64,000 bases of DNA from Vicugna vicugna (Eukaryota), in assembly GCA_013265495.1 (NCBI GenBank), contig MU058198.1, positions 1,810,419-1,874,418 on the forward strand, given 5' to 3'. Under the pieces are notes generated by a model, which did not search any database, was not told the origin of the DNA, and saw only the letters and a program-made list of their open reading frames with translations. The translations under genes were made by a program, and so were the position numbers. Positions 24,690 through 37,289 of this stretch are shown here, piece by piece. Each line of letters starts with the position of its first letter. Position 1 is the stretch's first letter.

Positions 24690-26950
24690 AAAAATGACTC
24701 AAGAAAAAAAAAATACAATTAGAGTCCTAATAAGTAAAAAGATTGAATTAGGAATCAGAAAACTTTCCCAATGAAAACAGTAGGTTCAACTGGCCTCAGT
24801 AGTGAGTTCTACCAAATGTTTAAATAAAAATTAATACCAACTTTCCACAAACTGTTCCAAAATAGTAGAAAGAACCCAATCCATTCAATGTGGCCAGTAT
24901 AACCTTATGGTAAGACCAAAGACAAAGACAAGAAAACTACAGACCAATATAACTTTTGAATACAGAGTCAATCAAAACACTAGTAAATTCAATCCATGAG
25001 CACATGAAAGAGATTATACACTATGACCTAGTCAGATGTATCCCAGGAACGCAAGGTTGGTTCAACAAGCAAAAATCATCAATGTAAACACCACATTAAT
25101 ATAATAAAGGATAAAAACCAAATGTCATCTCAATGGGTGCAAAAACACATTTAACAAAATCCACACCCTTTCATGATAAAAACACTCAACAAACTAGGAA
25201 CAGAAAGAATGTTTCTCAACTTGATAAAAAGCATCTATGAAAAACCCACAACTAAAAGCATATGTAATAGTGAAAGACTAAAAGCTTTCCCCCCAAATCA
25301 GAAACAAGCCAAGGACATCTGTTTTGCTGCTTGTACTAAACATTGTACCAGAAGGCAACTCGGGAAGAAAGATGAATAAAAGCATCCACACTGGAAAGAA
25401 AGGAGTAAAACTATCTATATTCACAGATGATGTCTTGTGTGTAGAAAATCATAAAGAACCAACTTGAAAAAAAACTATTAGAACTAGTAAGCTTTCAGCA
25501 AGGTTGCAAGATGTTAAGTGTAATATACACTAACAATGAGCAATCCAAAAATGAAATTAAGAAAACAATTCCATTTACAATACCATCAATAACAATAAGA
25601 TAGGAAAAATTAGACCGTAGAATTGCAAGATTTTTACACTTTTTGAGAACTATAAAAAAATCATTGAAAGAAGTTTAAAAAGACCCAGGGAAATAGAAAA
25701 ATAGCCTGCATTCATGGATTAAGATGGCAGTACTCCCCAATGGAAGCTACATATTCAACATAATCCTTATAAAAAAAATCTCAGTTGTCTTTTTTCCAAG
25801 AAATTAACAAACTGATTCTAAAATTAATATGGAATACAAAGGTTGTTAAATAGCCAAAACAATCTTGGAAAAGTACAAAGTTGGAAGACTCATATTTCAA
25901 AATTTACTACAAAGTTACAGCAGCCAAACTGTGTGGTACTAGAATAAGGATATACATGTAGATAAATAAAGTAAATCAGAGTCCAAAAATAAGCTTTTAA
26001 ATAAACTTGTTTTTTTAAAGGGTGTAGAAACAAATGAATTGGGGGAAAGAATGGACTTTCTAACAAATGATGCTGGGACATTGAGTAGCCACATGCAAAA
26101 GAATGAAGTCGGACCCTTATCTCACACCATACATAAAATGTTAATTCAAATATATCAGAAGCCTAAATATAAGAGTGAAAACTCTCAGAAGAAAATATTG
26201 GCATAAATCTTTGTAACTTTGGATTAGGCAGTGTTTCTTAGATATGACATGAAGGCTTCAACACAAGAAACCCAAGGAAAATACATAAATTGGACTTCAT
26301 CAAAATTAAAAACTTTCCACATTAAAGTACACTATTAAGAAAAATCAAAGACAGCCCAAATAATCAGGAGAAATATTGTAAATTTTATCTATCAGATAAG
26401 GGGCTAGTATGCAGAGTATATAAAGTACCCTACAATTCAATCATAAAAGACAAACAACCCAATTTAAAAGTGGGTTAAGGATTTGAACAGATGTTTCTCA
26501 AAAGAATATATGTGTATATATATAAGTAGCCAATAAGCATATGAAAACTCGCTCAATATTATTGGTCATCATAGAAACAAAACCACAGTGAGATACCACT
26601 TCACACCCGCTGGAATGGCTGTAACAGTAATTTTTTAAGAAACAGAAAATAGAAGTATGAGCAAGGATGTGGCGAAATCAGAACCCTGATATATTGCTGC
26701 TGGGAATATAAAATAGTGTAACCACTTTGGAAAATCACTTGGGAATCCCTCAAAAAGTTACCACAAGATCCAGCAAATCCACTTCTAGATATATACCCAA
26801 GAGTGTTGGAAATAAATGTTTACACAGTAGTTCATGGTAGCATTATTGATAATAGCCAAAAAGTATTAGCTACCCAAATGTCCACTGATTCATGTACGAA
26901 TAAATAAATTACAGTGTAGCTTGTATAATGGAATATTATTTAGCCACGAA
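24690..26950 (+). mobile_element. Degraded LINE-1 ORF2 through to its C-terminus
   Basis: ORF 25173..25379 MIKTLNKLG...NLIKSIYEKPT; gagataccacttcacacc; multiple stops. Confidence 0.88.
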
Positions 26951-27560
26951 AAAACTGATTTTTAATCTCCTTTTTGTGATCATGTTCACTCCTTAGAATA
27001 TAGTAGAGGTAGGTTCAAGGACTGAATGTGTTTCTGGAGTAGATGATCTTCTAAACCAGAGAAACTGAGAAATACCAGAAAAAACTGTTCTTCAGAAGCC
27101 TTGATGTCATCACATCACATCTGTCTGAAATGGCACAGTTTCCCAGGTTATTTAAGTGAACAGTTCTCTCCCAGTGCCTAGTTTCTATTATTCTTACTTC
27201 ATTTTCGGCCTTGAGTGTCCTCTGCCTCTTAATTTGAAAACATTTTTCCTTTTTGATTTCATGGTTCATAGGAGCTATAGCATGTATTAAGTAAATTAAA
27301 TCTTACCTAGCAATGAATGTTAATATACAGAGGAAGTCAACTGATAATTTTATCAGAAAACAATTTGTGATAGCAATTTGATAGTTTTTTCTCTTTATAT
27401 GTTCCACATTTCTTATTTATCAGGGGCATGGAAACTGTAATAAAGCATTGCAGTAAAGAATAAGCTACATTTTCCCCACTGCTGAAGGTAACAAAAATAT
27501 TAATATGAATATCATCTGCTTGGTACTAGCTTTTTCTCTTTTTTTTTCTCCTTCTTCTAG

Positions 27561-27659
27561 GTTTAAAGACTTATTTACTGATCTGGAAGACAGACGGGAA
27601 GAGCTGGGCATTGCTAGCTTTGGTATCTCTATTACTACTATGGAAGAAGTTTTCTTCAG
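27561..27659 (+). CDS. ABCA exon w11 (99 nt, phase 2-2): [32 protein letters not shown]
   Basis: Long pyrimidine tract + tag acceptor, CAG|gtaagg donor; TTMEEVF motif. Confidence 0.95.
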
Positions 27660-27662
27660 GTA

Positions 27663-28630
27663 AGGGAATACTTGGAAACTCATTCTATCAGGTCAGTATT
27701 ACCCTGATATCAAAACCAGACAAAGTTATTATAAGAAAAGAAAATTACAGATCAATATTTCTCATGAACATAAATGCAAAAATTCTTAAGATTTTAACAA
27801 ATCAAATTTAACAATATGTTTAAAAAATAAAATTGATAATGCATCATAACTAAATGGGGTTATCCCAGAAATACAAAGTTGGTTTACCATTTTAGCTTTC
27901 AAAAATCAACGTAGTGTAATTAATTAATGTAACTTTTAAGAAACTGAAAAAGAAAGCCAATTAATCATCTCATTACATTCAGAAAAAAAGATTTGACAAA
28001 ATCCAATTTCCATTCCAATAAAAACTTGCATTAATACAGGAAGGGAACGGAATGTTCTCAAACTATAAAGGTCATCACCCAAAAACTTTACAGCTAGCAT
28101 CATGCTTACTGATGAGAAACTGAATGCCTTCTCCCTTAGTTTAGAAACAAGAAAGGGATATTCCTCACCACTTCTATTTAAATTCTACTGGAGGTGTATC
28201 CATTATAAGAGGAAGAAAATGAAATATCAAAAAGTCAGTTGTTTTTCAGTATACTAGCAAGGAACAATCTGGAGTCAGACGTGCTACTGTTGGGCCACAA
28301 GGTCCTGCTAGCAAGGAACAATCTGAAATAGAAAAACAAAGCCTTTTTCAATAGCACCTAAAAATGTGAAATACTTCGGGATGAATCTGACAAAAGATGT
28401 ACAGGAGCTCTACATTAAAACGTTACTGAGAGAATTTAAAGATGACTGAAATAAATGCTGTATTCTTCAGTAAGACAATTTGATGTTTTAAAGATGGAAA
28501 TTCTCCTCCACATTGGTCTATTGTTTCCATGCAATCACAAGCAAAATGCCAGAAGATGTTTTTGTAAACAAATGATCAGTTGGTTATAAAATTTCTATCT
28601 CAATACAAAGGACTTAGAATGGACAAAATA
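27663..28630 (+). mobile_element. Degraded LINE-1 ORF2 fragment starting at the w11 splice donor
   Basis: [16 protein letters not shown]...[16 protein letters not shown] in ORF 27611..27811. Confidence 0.85.
28267..28304 (-). pseudogene. Tailless retrocopy of the 5' half of tRNA-Trp(CCA), 18-bp TSD CTAGCAAGGAACAATCTG (28254-28271, 28308-28325)
   Basis: - strand GACCTTGTGGCCCAACAGTAGCACGTCTGACTCCAGAT vs recalled mammalian tRNA-Trp GACCTCGTGGCGCAACGGTAGCGCGTCTGACTCCAGAT: 34/38 identical, all differences at CpG sites. Confidence 0.88.
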
Positions 28631-29150
28631 ATTTTGGCAATGCATATGCAGTGTTGCACAATGAAAAGGAAAGAGGAATCCTCAAATCCTGCTAATTATA
28701 CAGTAAGCTGATTTGATCACACTGATAGGTAACATGGCAACATCCAGTAAGTTGAAAATGCCACATCCCAGAAATCCCACTGTTAGGTATATACTCTAGA
28801 GAAACTGTCAGATACTTGCCCAGAAGACAGATCTAGAGATATTTGCTGAAGTCTGTAGTAGCAAAATAATGAAATAATGTAATGTATAAAATATGATACC
28901 TAAGTAGTGAAATACTATATATATACTAAATATATATATTATCAGTTGAAAGGCCTGACCTAAATTTCTTTTTATACAAATGTCAACTTGAGGAGATGTA
29001 AAACGTCTAATCCTTTAGGGGAAAAAAAAATCATTTTGCAGAACTATCTGTCTAAATATACCATTTATATAAGACATTAAAACCATAAAACAAAACTATA
29101 TGTGTTTTTGGATACTTTAATGTGTATACAAAAGTATTAGAACATACCTG

Positions 29151-29835
29151 ACCTCTCTATTATAAAATTACTTTTTCTCTCCTTTCTCTACTTTATCTTT
29201 TGGAAGCCTGTCACTAAACACAGCCCACACTCAAGGAGAGGGGGTATTTAGCACCTCCTCGCAGAGAGAGTAGTGTCTACAAACATTATTTGCAATTCTG
29301 CAAGGAAGATTTGTCTCTCTCCTATTTGTTCATCCAGTCCTCTATTGATATCAATGTGGACTTACAGAATACTACCTTGGCCAGGTGATCAAGATGATAG
29401 TGACATCACAGTGATATTTCATGTTAAAATCGTGTGATATGATGTGAGGAAGAGGGTAGTTCACCTCCTTAATATTCTTCCCCAAAGCCATAGCCCCACT
29501 CTAACCATGAGAAAAACAAGACAAATCCAAACTGAGGAACATTGTAGAAAATACCTAATCAGTACTTCTCAACTCATGAAAAATCAGGAAGGTCTAAGAA
29601 ACCGTCATAGCCCAGAGGAGACTTAGGAGACATAGTGACTAAATTTAATGTGTTACGTTGGTAGGATCTTGGCAGAGAAAATGGACCTTAGTGGAAAAAC
29701 TAGTGAAACGTGTACCATGGTAATAAAAGATGTTAATAATAGGGGAAACTGAAGGGTATACAGGATCTCTGTACTATCTTTGCTACTATTCTGTAAATCT
29801 GAAGCTGTTTTACAATTAAAAGTTTATTTTAAAAA
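29151..29835 (+). mobile_element. L1MC-type 3'UTR with an inverted 5' segment (29151-29364 on -, 29365-29835 on +)
   Basis: Reverse complement of the left part (...ccttgagtgtgggctg...agagaggt) precedes actaccttggccaggtgatcaag in the recalled consensus; tail ends ttaaaagtttattttaaaa. Confidence 0.72.
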
Positions 29836-31637
29836 TATATCTGGAAGGTTACATACCAAGCATCATAGTTGGCTTGATGGAAGAGATGGGGAGAAATGGG
29901 ATTGATAATCTTGTTCACAGGTGACTTAAATTCATTTGTAAAAAAAATTTTAATTGGCTCAAACTAAAAAAATGTTAAAAGTGGTTAATTACCTGAGTCA
30001 GGGAAATGGGTGTTTTCTTACATTTATTCTTTCTCTGTACAAAAACCATAAAGGAAAATATTTGGCTAAATAAAATTTAAACATTTTGTGTATGAGGGAA
30101 TACTTTAACAGCATTAAAATACAAATGTTATAAAAGTTAATTATAATGAATAAGAGTGTCTACTAAACCAAAAAGAAAATATGAAAACAGTATAAAATCA
30201 AACAAATGATAAAAAATAATCCACAAAAGAGTAACTACAAATATTCAAATTAATTCAGAAGGATTAAAAATACAGACTACAAATTAAAAAAAATACCCAG
30301 TCTTGGTGAATATGCAGTGAAATAGGATGATCTTATAAAGTGACATGGGTATGTAAATTAGTATACTCTTTTTGACGATACATTTTGCTAATTTTGGCAA
30401 GATGTATAAGAAGATTTAAAATGTATATATTCTACATCTGAAATTTTGTCTTTTGTGGGTATGATATATGTGGAATAGTGTTCATCATATCATTGTTTAT
30501 AACAATAATAAGTTAAAGCAATCTTAGTGACTGGTCAATAAACAGTGGTGCATCTGTACAATAAAATAAAACTCAGTCATTAGAAGTGATGAGTTATGTA
30601 TACAGATAGTAAAATGAATCTATTTTAGTAATTTAAAAAGCAATTTGCAAAACAATAGTTGCAGTATTGTGTCATCCTAATTTTGCATTGTATATGTGTA
30701 TATATATATTCATGTTTGTGCATATTTAGATATAGAAAAATGTCACTTGGGTACATCTGAGTAATGACATCTTGATTATTTTTTTCTTTTGGTTTATTGT
30801 ATTTGTAAACCTCTTCCTATTGAATATGTCTTACAAGTGTATAAAAATTAATAAAACCTACTAAAGAAGACAGAAAAAAGTCAAGGAAAAATCCATATTT
30901 GTCTTCAGTGTTATCAATTACAGTAGTACTGTAGTGGCCAGACATGGCACAAAGGCTACGTTAAACTAATATAATATTGTAAGTCAACTATGTTTCAATT
31001 AAAAAAAATAGTTTGATAATAGGTTTATCAAATCAAAGCAGTATTTGGTGCTTATTTTGTTGTCCTGCTGAAAGAAAGGTTAAAAAGGCGTGCTAGCTCA
31101 TTGGTTTGGAAAGAAAAAAATCCATTTTTTACAAATTATGAGTTTTTCATCAAGGGTTACAGAACTCCCATCAGTGGACTTAAAGATTCAAACTCCCCAT
31201 TGTACTATGATTTTACTATCCTGTTTAGCATTTTCTTCCTTATATTAAAATTAAATACATATGTCTGTTTCTTCCATGGAATTGTAAGCCCTTAGAGGAT
31301 GAATTAATTATGGATTCACTTGTTTTGTAAACTATTCCAGTTACTTAGATTGCCTGGAGCAGAAAATTGAGAAAACAAATCTGACATGTACTTAGAAACA
31401 TTATAAAAATAAAAGCCTGCTACATAGTATCAATATCATATCTTAAAATAAAGGAGATTTAACAATCCCTCTCTCCTAAAAAAAAAAAAGACATGTTCTT
31501 AGACCTTTTAAGTTCAGTTTATTTTATCTAATGTTAATGAGAATATGTATAGCTATGCTTGTTTTTTTAAACTTGCCTCAATTTGCGAAAATCTTGTGAT
31601 GGATTAGGTATTTAGAAACCACTGTTCTGGTTTAAAT

Positions 31638-31640
<3 letters not shown>

Positions 31641-31672
<32 letters not shown>
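31641..31672 (+). repeat. (TG)16 microsatellite abutting the exon w12 acceptor
   Basis: Read directly; followed by TAG at 31673-31675. Confidence 0.98.
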
Positions 31673-31675
<3 letters not shown>

Positions 31676-31677
<2 letters not shown>

Positions 31678-31829
31678 TCAGCAGAGCAGATACAACGGCT
31701 TTCCAGACCCTAAACGACGAAGATGAAAGTGAAGACATGGACCAGAATATGAACATACCCAGAAATTTTGAGAGATCATATTCTCCCTCCACCTTGAGTG
31801 ACCATTCTAATATTAACTTTAATACTGGG
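31676..31829 (+). CDS. ABCA exon w12 (154 nt, phase 2-0), acidic linker VSRADTT...NINFNTG
   Basis: Acceptor (tg)16-tag, donor GGG|gtgagc; ends in NTG as ABCA linkers do; phases fit both neighbours. The 5' boundary is less certain than for other exons. Confidence 0.85.
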
Positions 31830-32389
31830 GTGAGCATCTTCACTAAGAATACAATGTTGGTATATGTTTGGATGGGATAAAAGACATAGCATTTCATTTT
31901 AACATTTGAATTCAAAGGGAAGTTTGGAGTTCTCATCCAAAGAAGGCCAGGTAAGGAGTAGTCTGTAGAACAGTCCAATTAATTTTCTCATTCAAAAGTG
32001 AAATATGGTATTAAAAATTAGATTTTACTCTCATTATTATTATGATTCCTCAGAGTCACTTCTCACAGCTTTTGAAATTGTTGGCTCATTTACAGTTGAG
32101 AAAGGGTCCTATAAAAGTTATCACCACTCACACACATCAAAGCACTGAAATTTATGCATTGAAATGAATTGGTGCTTCCTAATGTACTACTCCCAAGGCA
32201 GTATGTTCCTTCCCTAGCATGGGAGATTTCACTAGACTGCAAGCATTGCTTTAATTGTTCTCCTAATTATCTATTCCCTACAATTTTCCCTAATAAAGAC
32301 CAGGGATTCTGAGGTGGAAGATACGTTTCTCAGAGATGCCCGTAAACATGCCTTCACTGATGGGCTGCTGAGCCAGTTGTGAAGCAGAG

Positions 32390-32580
32390 TTGGTGGTGTA
32401 CAGCTAGAGTATGGAATTTTGAGCCAGTTGGAACTGGAATTCCTGCTTCATTTATTAGCTATTTGACCTTGACTGAATCATTTAACATATCTGTGTGTCA
32501 TTCTCTGTGAGACTGTTTTAGTGAGTGAACACTAGTAAACTATGAACTGTGGAATGTTTGGGACAAATCAAATACTTAAA
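32390..32580 (+). mobile_element. MIR SINE
   Basis: ttttgagccag...aattcctgcttca...ttagctatttgaccttgactgaatcatttaac. Confidence 0.6.
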
Positions 32581-33648
32581 AATGTAATTTTCCTCCCCTC
32601 CCTGCTTGCACATTTGCACTCTTCTCTATTTCCCTTTTCTTATAATGATGCAGATGATAAAAGATTTGCAGACCAGTCTAGAAAAGTTGATTCTTGCATT
32701 AATATGGTCTGTCATTCCAGAAATAAATCAAATAACCTATCTTTTAAAAGCCAGAAAGCAATGTGAGAAAGAATTCTCCTTCTAAACTTTACCTTACTTC
32801 TAGTCAGTGACAACATCCAAATGCTGATTGTTTTATTCAGAAAATAACTGGTTGATGGATTAGGGATATTTTCACGCCACTAATTATGGGGTGTCCCAAA
32901 TGTTGGGAAATATAGTCTCAACATATTTTAAGCTCTTTGTTACATATGTAATAATATATGCTCTTCTTCAACATTCAGACACCTTTTTATGCGAAGTCTC
33001 TACATTTAAAGCAATGGTTCCATTGTTAGCCTGAAAAATATTTATATACTAAATCAGCTACAGATGGGACCAAAAGTCATGGAAAAATAAAGAAAATGAT
33101 ATATTTGGGTACATTTTTAATAAATTAACCATTGAACACATTGCTTAAATGTAAAAGTTGAAGAAAATATATTGAGCATATTACAGTTTAAATAAATTAA
33201 TTAAAATAAATTCATCTTCTGTTCCAAATAATCCACAACTCTGTAGATAGTGTGGATTAAAACCTAGCAATGGAAACTTGTTACATGTGCACATTTTATG
33301 AGTTTCATAAATTTATGAAATGTAGCGTTGCAAGGTCATGATTTAATATTGACTAGGAAAGATGCATGTGATGTTGCTCTGGTCAGAGATGCTAGGAATA
33401 TATTAGAGACCCTTTTGAAGTTTTCAGTATAATTAGATGAGAAGCCAAGCTTTCATCCTTCCATTCAATACATTGTACAAATATGAAGTCTTGCTTGTTA
33501 CCTAAACTGTGAACTATAGCTATGTTCTGTTCAAGGATGTATTATAAAAGTATGTACATCTTTTACCATAAGGTTCACAACATTAATGTTAATGAATTTC
33601 ATTTAGTTTTGTGACTCTTGTAATGTCATCTTTCTTTACTCTTGTCAG

Positions 33649-33949
33649 TGGGATCTTCACCGTCAGCAGTTCTTTGCCATGTTCATTAAGAGAGCAATGT
33701 TCACTTGGCGCAACTGGATTTTGGTGTTAATGCAGATACTAGGACTTCTGGGTATTGTTTATTTTTTGATGAGAGATGGGGGCTCTACAAGAATCAGGGA
33801 AGAACCTGCCAGAGAAATGGATTTGGGACAATATGGTCAAACCATTGTTCCCTTCTCAACTTCTGGAAATTCTGATTTTACTCTGAATTTAATACAAAAT
33901 CTTGAGACTATGTTAAAGGCTAAGAAACAAAAACTTTATGAAGTGAAAG
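33649..33949 (+). CDS. ABCA exon w13 (301 nt, phase 0-1): WDLHRQQFFAMFIKRAMFTWRNW, first TMD2 helix and start of ECD2
   Basis: cttgtcag acceptor, AAG|gtaagc donor; QQF.AMF.KR motif. Confidence 0.94.
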
Positions 33950-34361
33950 GTAAGCTTCTTAAAAAAAGAAAATGACTGCTAGTAGATAAAGACCTGTTTG
34001 TGTCACTTCCAAAGAAGGGTCTTTACTGAAATGTTTAGCTACTTGCCTTTTTTTTTCTTGATAGCCAATCTCATAAAGGTAGTGAAACCAAAGGCAAGAA
34101 TCATCTTTCAAGATTACTGGCCACATTAATTACTAATGAAGGTACTTTGAGTATGAGTAATCTACTAGTCATTTACTTCTGGGGAATTAATTAAAGTACC
34201 AAGTATTTTGTTTTGTAAAATTTAGCACAGATTTTTCACATAAAACCAAGCTCACAGTGTGGTATGGTGGTGATGAATCCTAAAGGCCCTATCTAAAAAC
34301 AGGTAAACATGTTAGGCTGAAGGCTTTATGGGCAGGCTACTCAGAACTTATTTATTTGGAA

Positions 34362-34598
34362 GGTAATAATGATAATTGAGTGCATGTACTGAACACATAC
34401 TTTTGGCAAGAAATTTTCTAAATCCTTCATGACTCACTTAATTTCTATAACAATCATATTTGCTGAAATTGGGAACACTGAGGTTTGGAGATACTAAATG
34501 AGTTGCCTCAAATCAAGCACCTAGTACGAATTAGGGCAGGGACTAGGTTTTAAAACTGCCTGATGGGAATCTGCAATATTAACCTACACTACACTAAG
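34362..34598 (-). mobile_element. MIR SINE
   Basis: gaacactgaggtttggaga...taaatgagttgcctcaaatca...ctagta core. Confidence 0.6.
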
Positions 34599-35099
34599 TC
34601 ATCCCTGTAAAAGGCAAGTTTAATCATTTCCTTCCAGGTACTTCAATTGTGTTTCCTTCAGCTGCTGCCTGGTTGACAGTGTTACTTTAGGTTAGCATAT
34701 AGCCTGCACATTTGACAGGCTTTTCCTTTAGGTTCCATTGTGAGAGATGAAAATGCACTTGGAAATGTTGGTTAATTACTTCTACCATTAACCTGATTTT
34801 TTGTTGATACATATCATGGGCTGGGTGGCCTTAAAGCTCTCAGTAAATCACACATTTTTTCGCCTCCATTACAGGAGCAATAGATGAATATTTATTAATA
34901 AAAAATCACATGACTGTTCAGAAGAGAAGAGGAAAGAAACAAAAGGAATTTCCCTGATTAATAATGTGGTTCCTTTTTCCCTACATTATATTGTTTATAC
35001 AAAAATAAAAAAGACTATATATTTTCCAGATATATTAATAATAAGACAATCAAATTATTTTTTGTTAATTCTTTTAGCATCTTGGAATTGTCTTAATTA

Positions 35100-36165
35100 A
35101 AAATTATTCAAGGCAAATATTGACAGACTGAAGGTAGAAAAAAACAGCTATACAATAAGTAGGAGGCTTCAATACCTCATTTTCAATAATAAATAGAACA
35201 CCCAGACAGATGTTCAACAAGGAATGAGGGCATGAACAATAATATAGACCAACTGGACTTAACAGACAAAACAGAACACATCTCCCGACAAATAGAATAC
35301 ATATTGTTGTGTGCATAAGAAAGATTATTTAGAATAGACCATATTGTAGACCACAAAATATGTCTTAATAAACTTTAAAAAAATGGAATCATACAAAGTA
35401 TACTTTCTGATCATAATTGAATGAAACTAGATAGGAATATCAGAAAGAAAACTGGAAAATAATATGTGGAAATGTAAAAAGCACCATTAAACCATCATTA
35501 GGTCAAATAATAGCAAGGGAAATTAGAAAATACTTTGAAACGAATGAAAATGTAACATATTAAAACTTAAGGAATATGGCAGAAGCACTGTTTAAATGCT
35601 TATATTGAAAAAGAAGAAAGCTGTCAAAGCAACAACCTAACTTTACACCTTAAGGAACTAGAAAAAAAAAAAAAAAACTAAACCCAAAGCTAGCAGGAAG
35701 AAGAAAGCAACAAAGATTAGAGCAGATACGTCTGTTCTCAGACAGCATAATCTTATGTACAAAAGACCCTCAATTTTCCATAAAAAAAACTATTAGAGTT
35801 TATAAATTCAGAAAATTTGCAGGTTATGAAATCAACACACAAGAATTAGTTGCATTTCTATACATAACAAGGAACAATCTGAAAACAATTTCAATTATAA
35901 TATCAAAAAAATAAAATACCTAGGAATAAACTTAACTGAGGTGAAAGACTTGTTAATGAAAATGACAATTTGTTGCTGAATTAAATACACAAATAAATGA
36001 AAAGATATTCTGTATTCATGGATTGGCAGACTTAATATTGTTTAGATGTCAATACTCGCCTCAAAAATCTACAGATTCAGTGCAACTCCTATCAAAATCC
36101 CAATTATTTGGAGGAAGAGGGGGAATTGAAAAATCCATCTTTAAATTCTTATTGAATCTTGAGAT
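35100..36165 (+). mobile_element. Degraded LINE-1 ORF2 (EN/RT, internally deleted near 35730)
   Basis: agaatagaccatattgtagaccacaaa, aaacccaaagctagcag, ttcatggattggcagacttaatattg. Confidence 0.8.
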
Positions 36166-36174
36166 CTGAACAGA

Positions 36175-36532
36175 AATATTTTTCCAGCTTTATTTAGATA
36201 CGATTGAAAAGTGACGTTTTGTAAGTTTAAGGTATACAATGTGCTGGTATGATATATTACAAAATGACTGCCACAATACGATTAGTTAACACATCCATAA
36301 CCTCATAAAGTTACAATTTTTTTATCACATGGTAAGAACTTTAAAGATCTACACTCTGCAAAATTTAGGTAAACAACTATTGTTATTCATAGTTGTCATA
36401 CTGTGCATTAGATCCCAGAACTTATGACTGGAAGTTTGTATCCTTTGACCAATATCTCCCCATTTCCCCTACCTCCCTGTCCCAGGATCAGGAAACTACC
36501 ATTTCTCTCCCTCCCTCTCTCTGATAGATAGG

Positions 36533-36574
<42 letters not shown>

Positions 36575-37285
36575 TTCATTAGTCTGTCAATTAGGTTGTT
36601 TCCATGTCTTGGATATTGTGAATAATGCTGTGGTGAGCATGGGGTGCAAATATCTCTTGAAGTGATTTTATTTGAAGTGGACTGGTTGGATCATATGGTA
36701 GGCCTCACTTTTAATTGTTTGAAAACCCCCATACTGTTTTCCATAGTGGCTATACCAGTTTACATTCCCACCGTTGGTGTACAGGGTTTCTCTTCTCTAA
36801 ACATTCTGGTCAGGACTTGCTATCTCTTGTCATTTGTATGATATCCATTCTAACAGATGTGAGGTGCTATCTTACTGAGATTTTGATTGGTATCTCCCAG
36901 ATGAACAGTGATGTTGAGCACATTTTCTTATACATGTTGGCTGTTTGTATGCCATCTTTGAGAAACCATCTATTTAGGTACTTGGCCTATTTTTTAACTA
37001 GATTATTTTTTTTCTATTGATTTGTATGAATTCCTTATATGCTTTGGATATTAACCCTTTATCAGATATGTCATTTGCAAATATTTTCTCCTGTTCCTTA
37101 GATTGCTTTTTCATTTTGTTGATAGTTTCCCTTACTGTGTAGGAACTTTTTAGTTTGATGTAGTCCCACTTGTTTATTTTTGGTGTTGTTGCTTATGTTT
37201 TCACTGTCATATCCAAAATACCAACACAAAAATGAATGTCAAGGAGCCTTCTCTCTGTTTTCTTCTAGGCATTTTACACCATCAA
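36175..37285 (-). mobile_element. LINE-1 3' end (L1MA-type) containing a GATA repeat
   Basis: ttccagctttattt...ggaagtttgtatcctttgacc...gtgatgttgagca. Confidence 0.85.
36523..36574 (+). repeat. (GATA)n tetranucleotide STR, about 13 units with one variant
   Basis: Read directly. Confidence 0.97.
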
Positions 37286-37289
37286 GATT

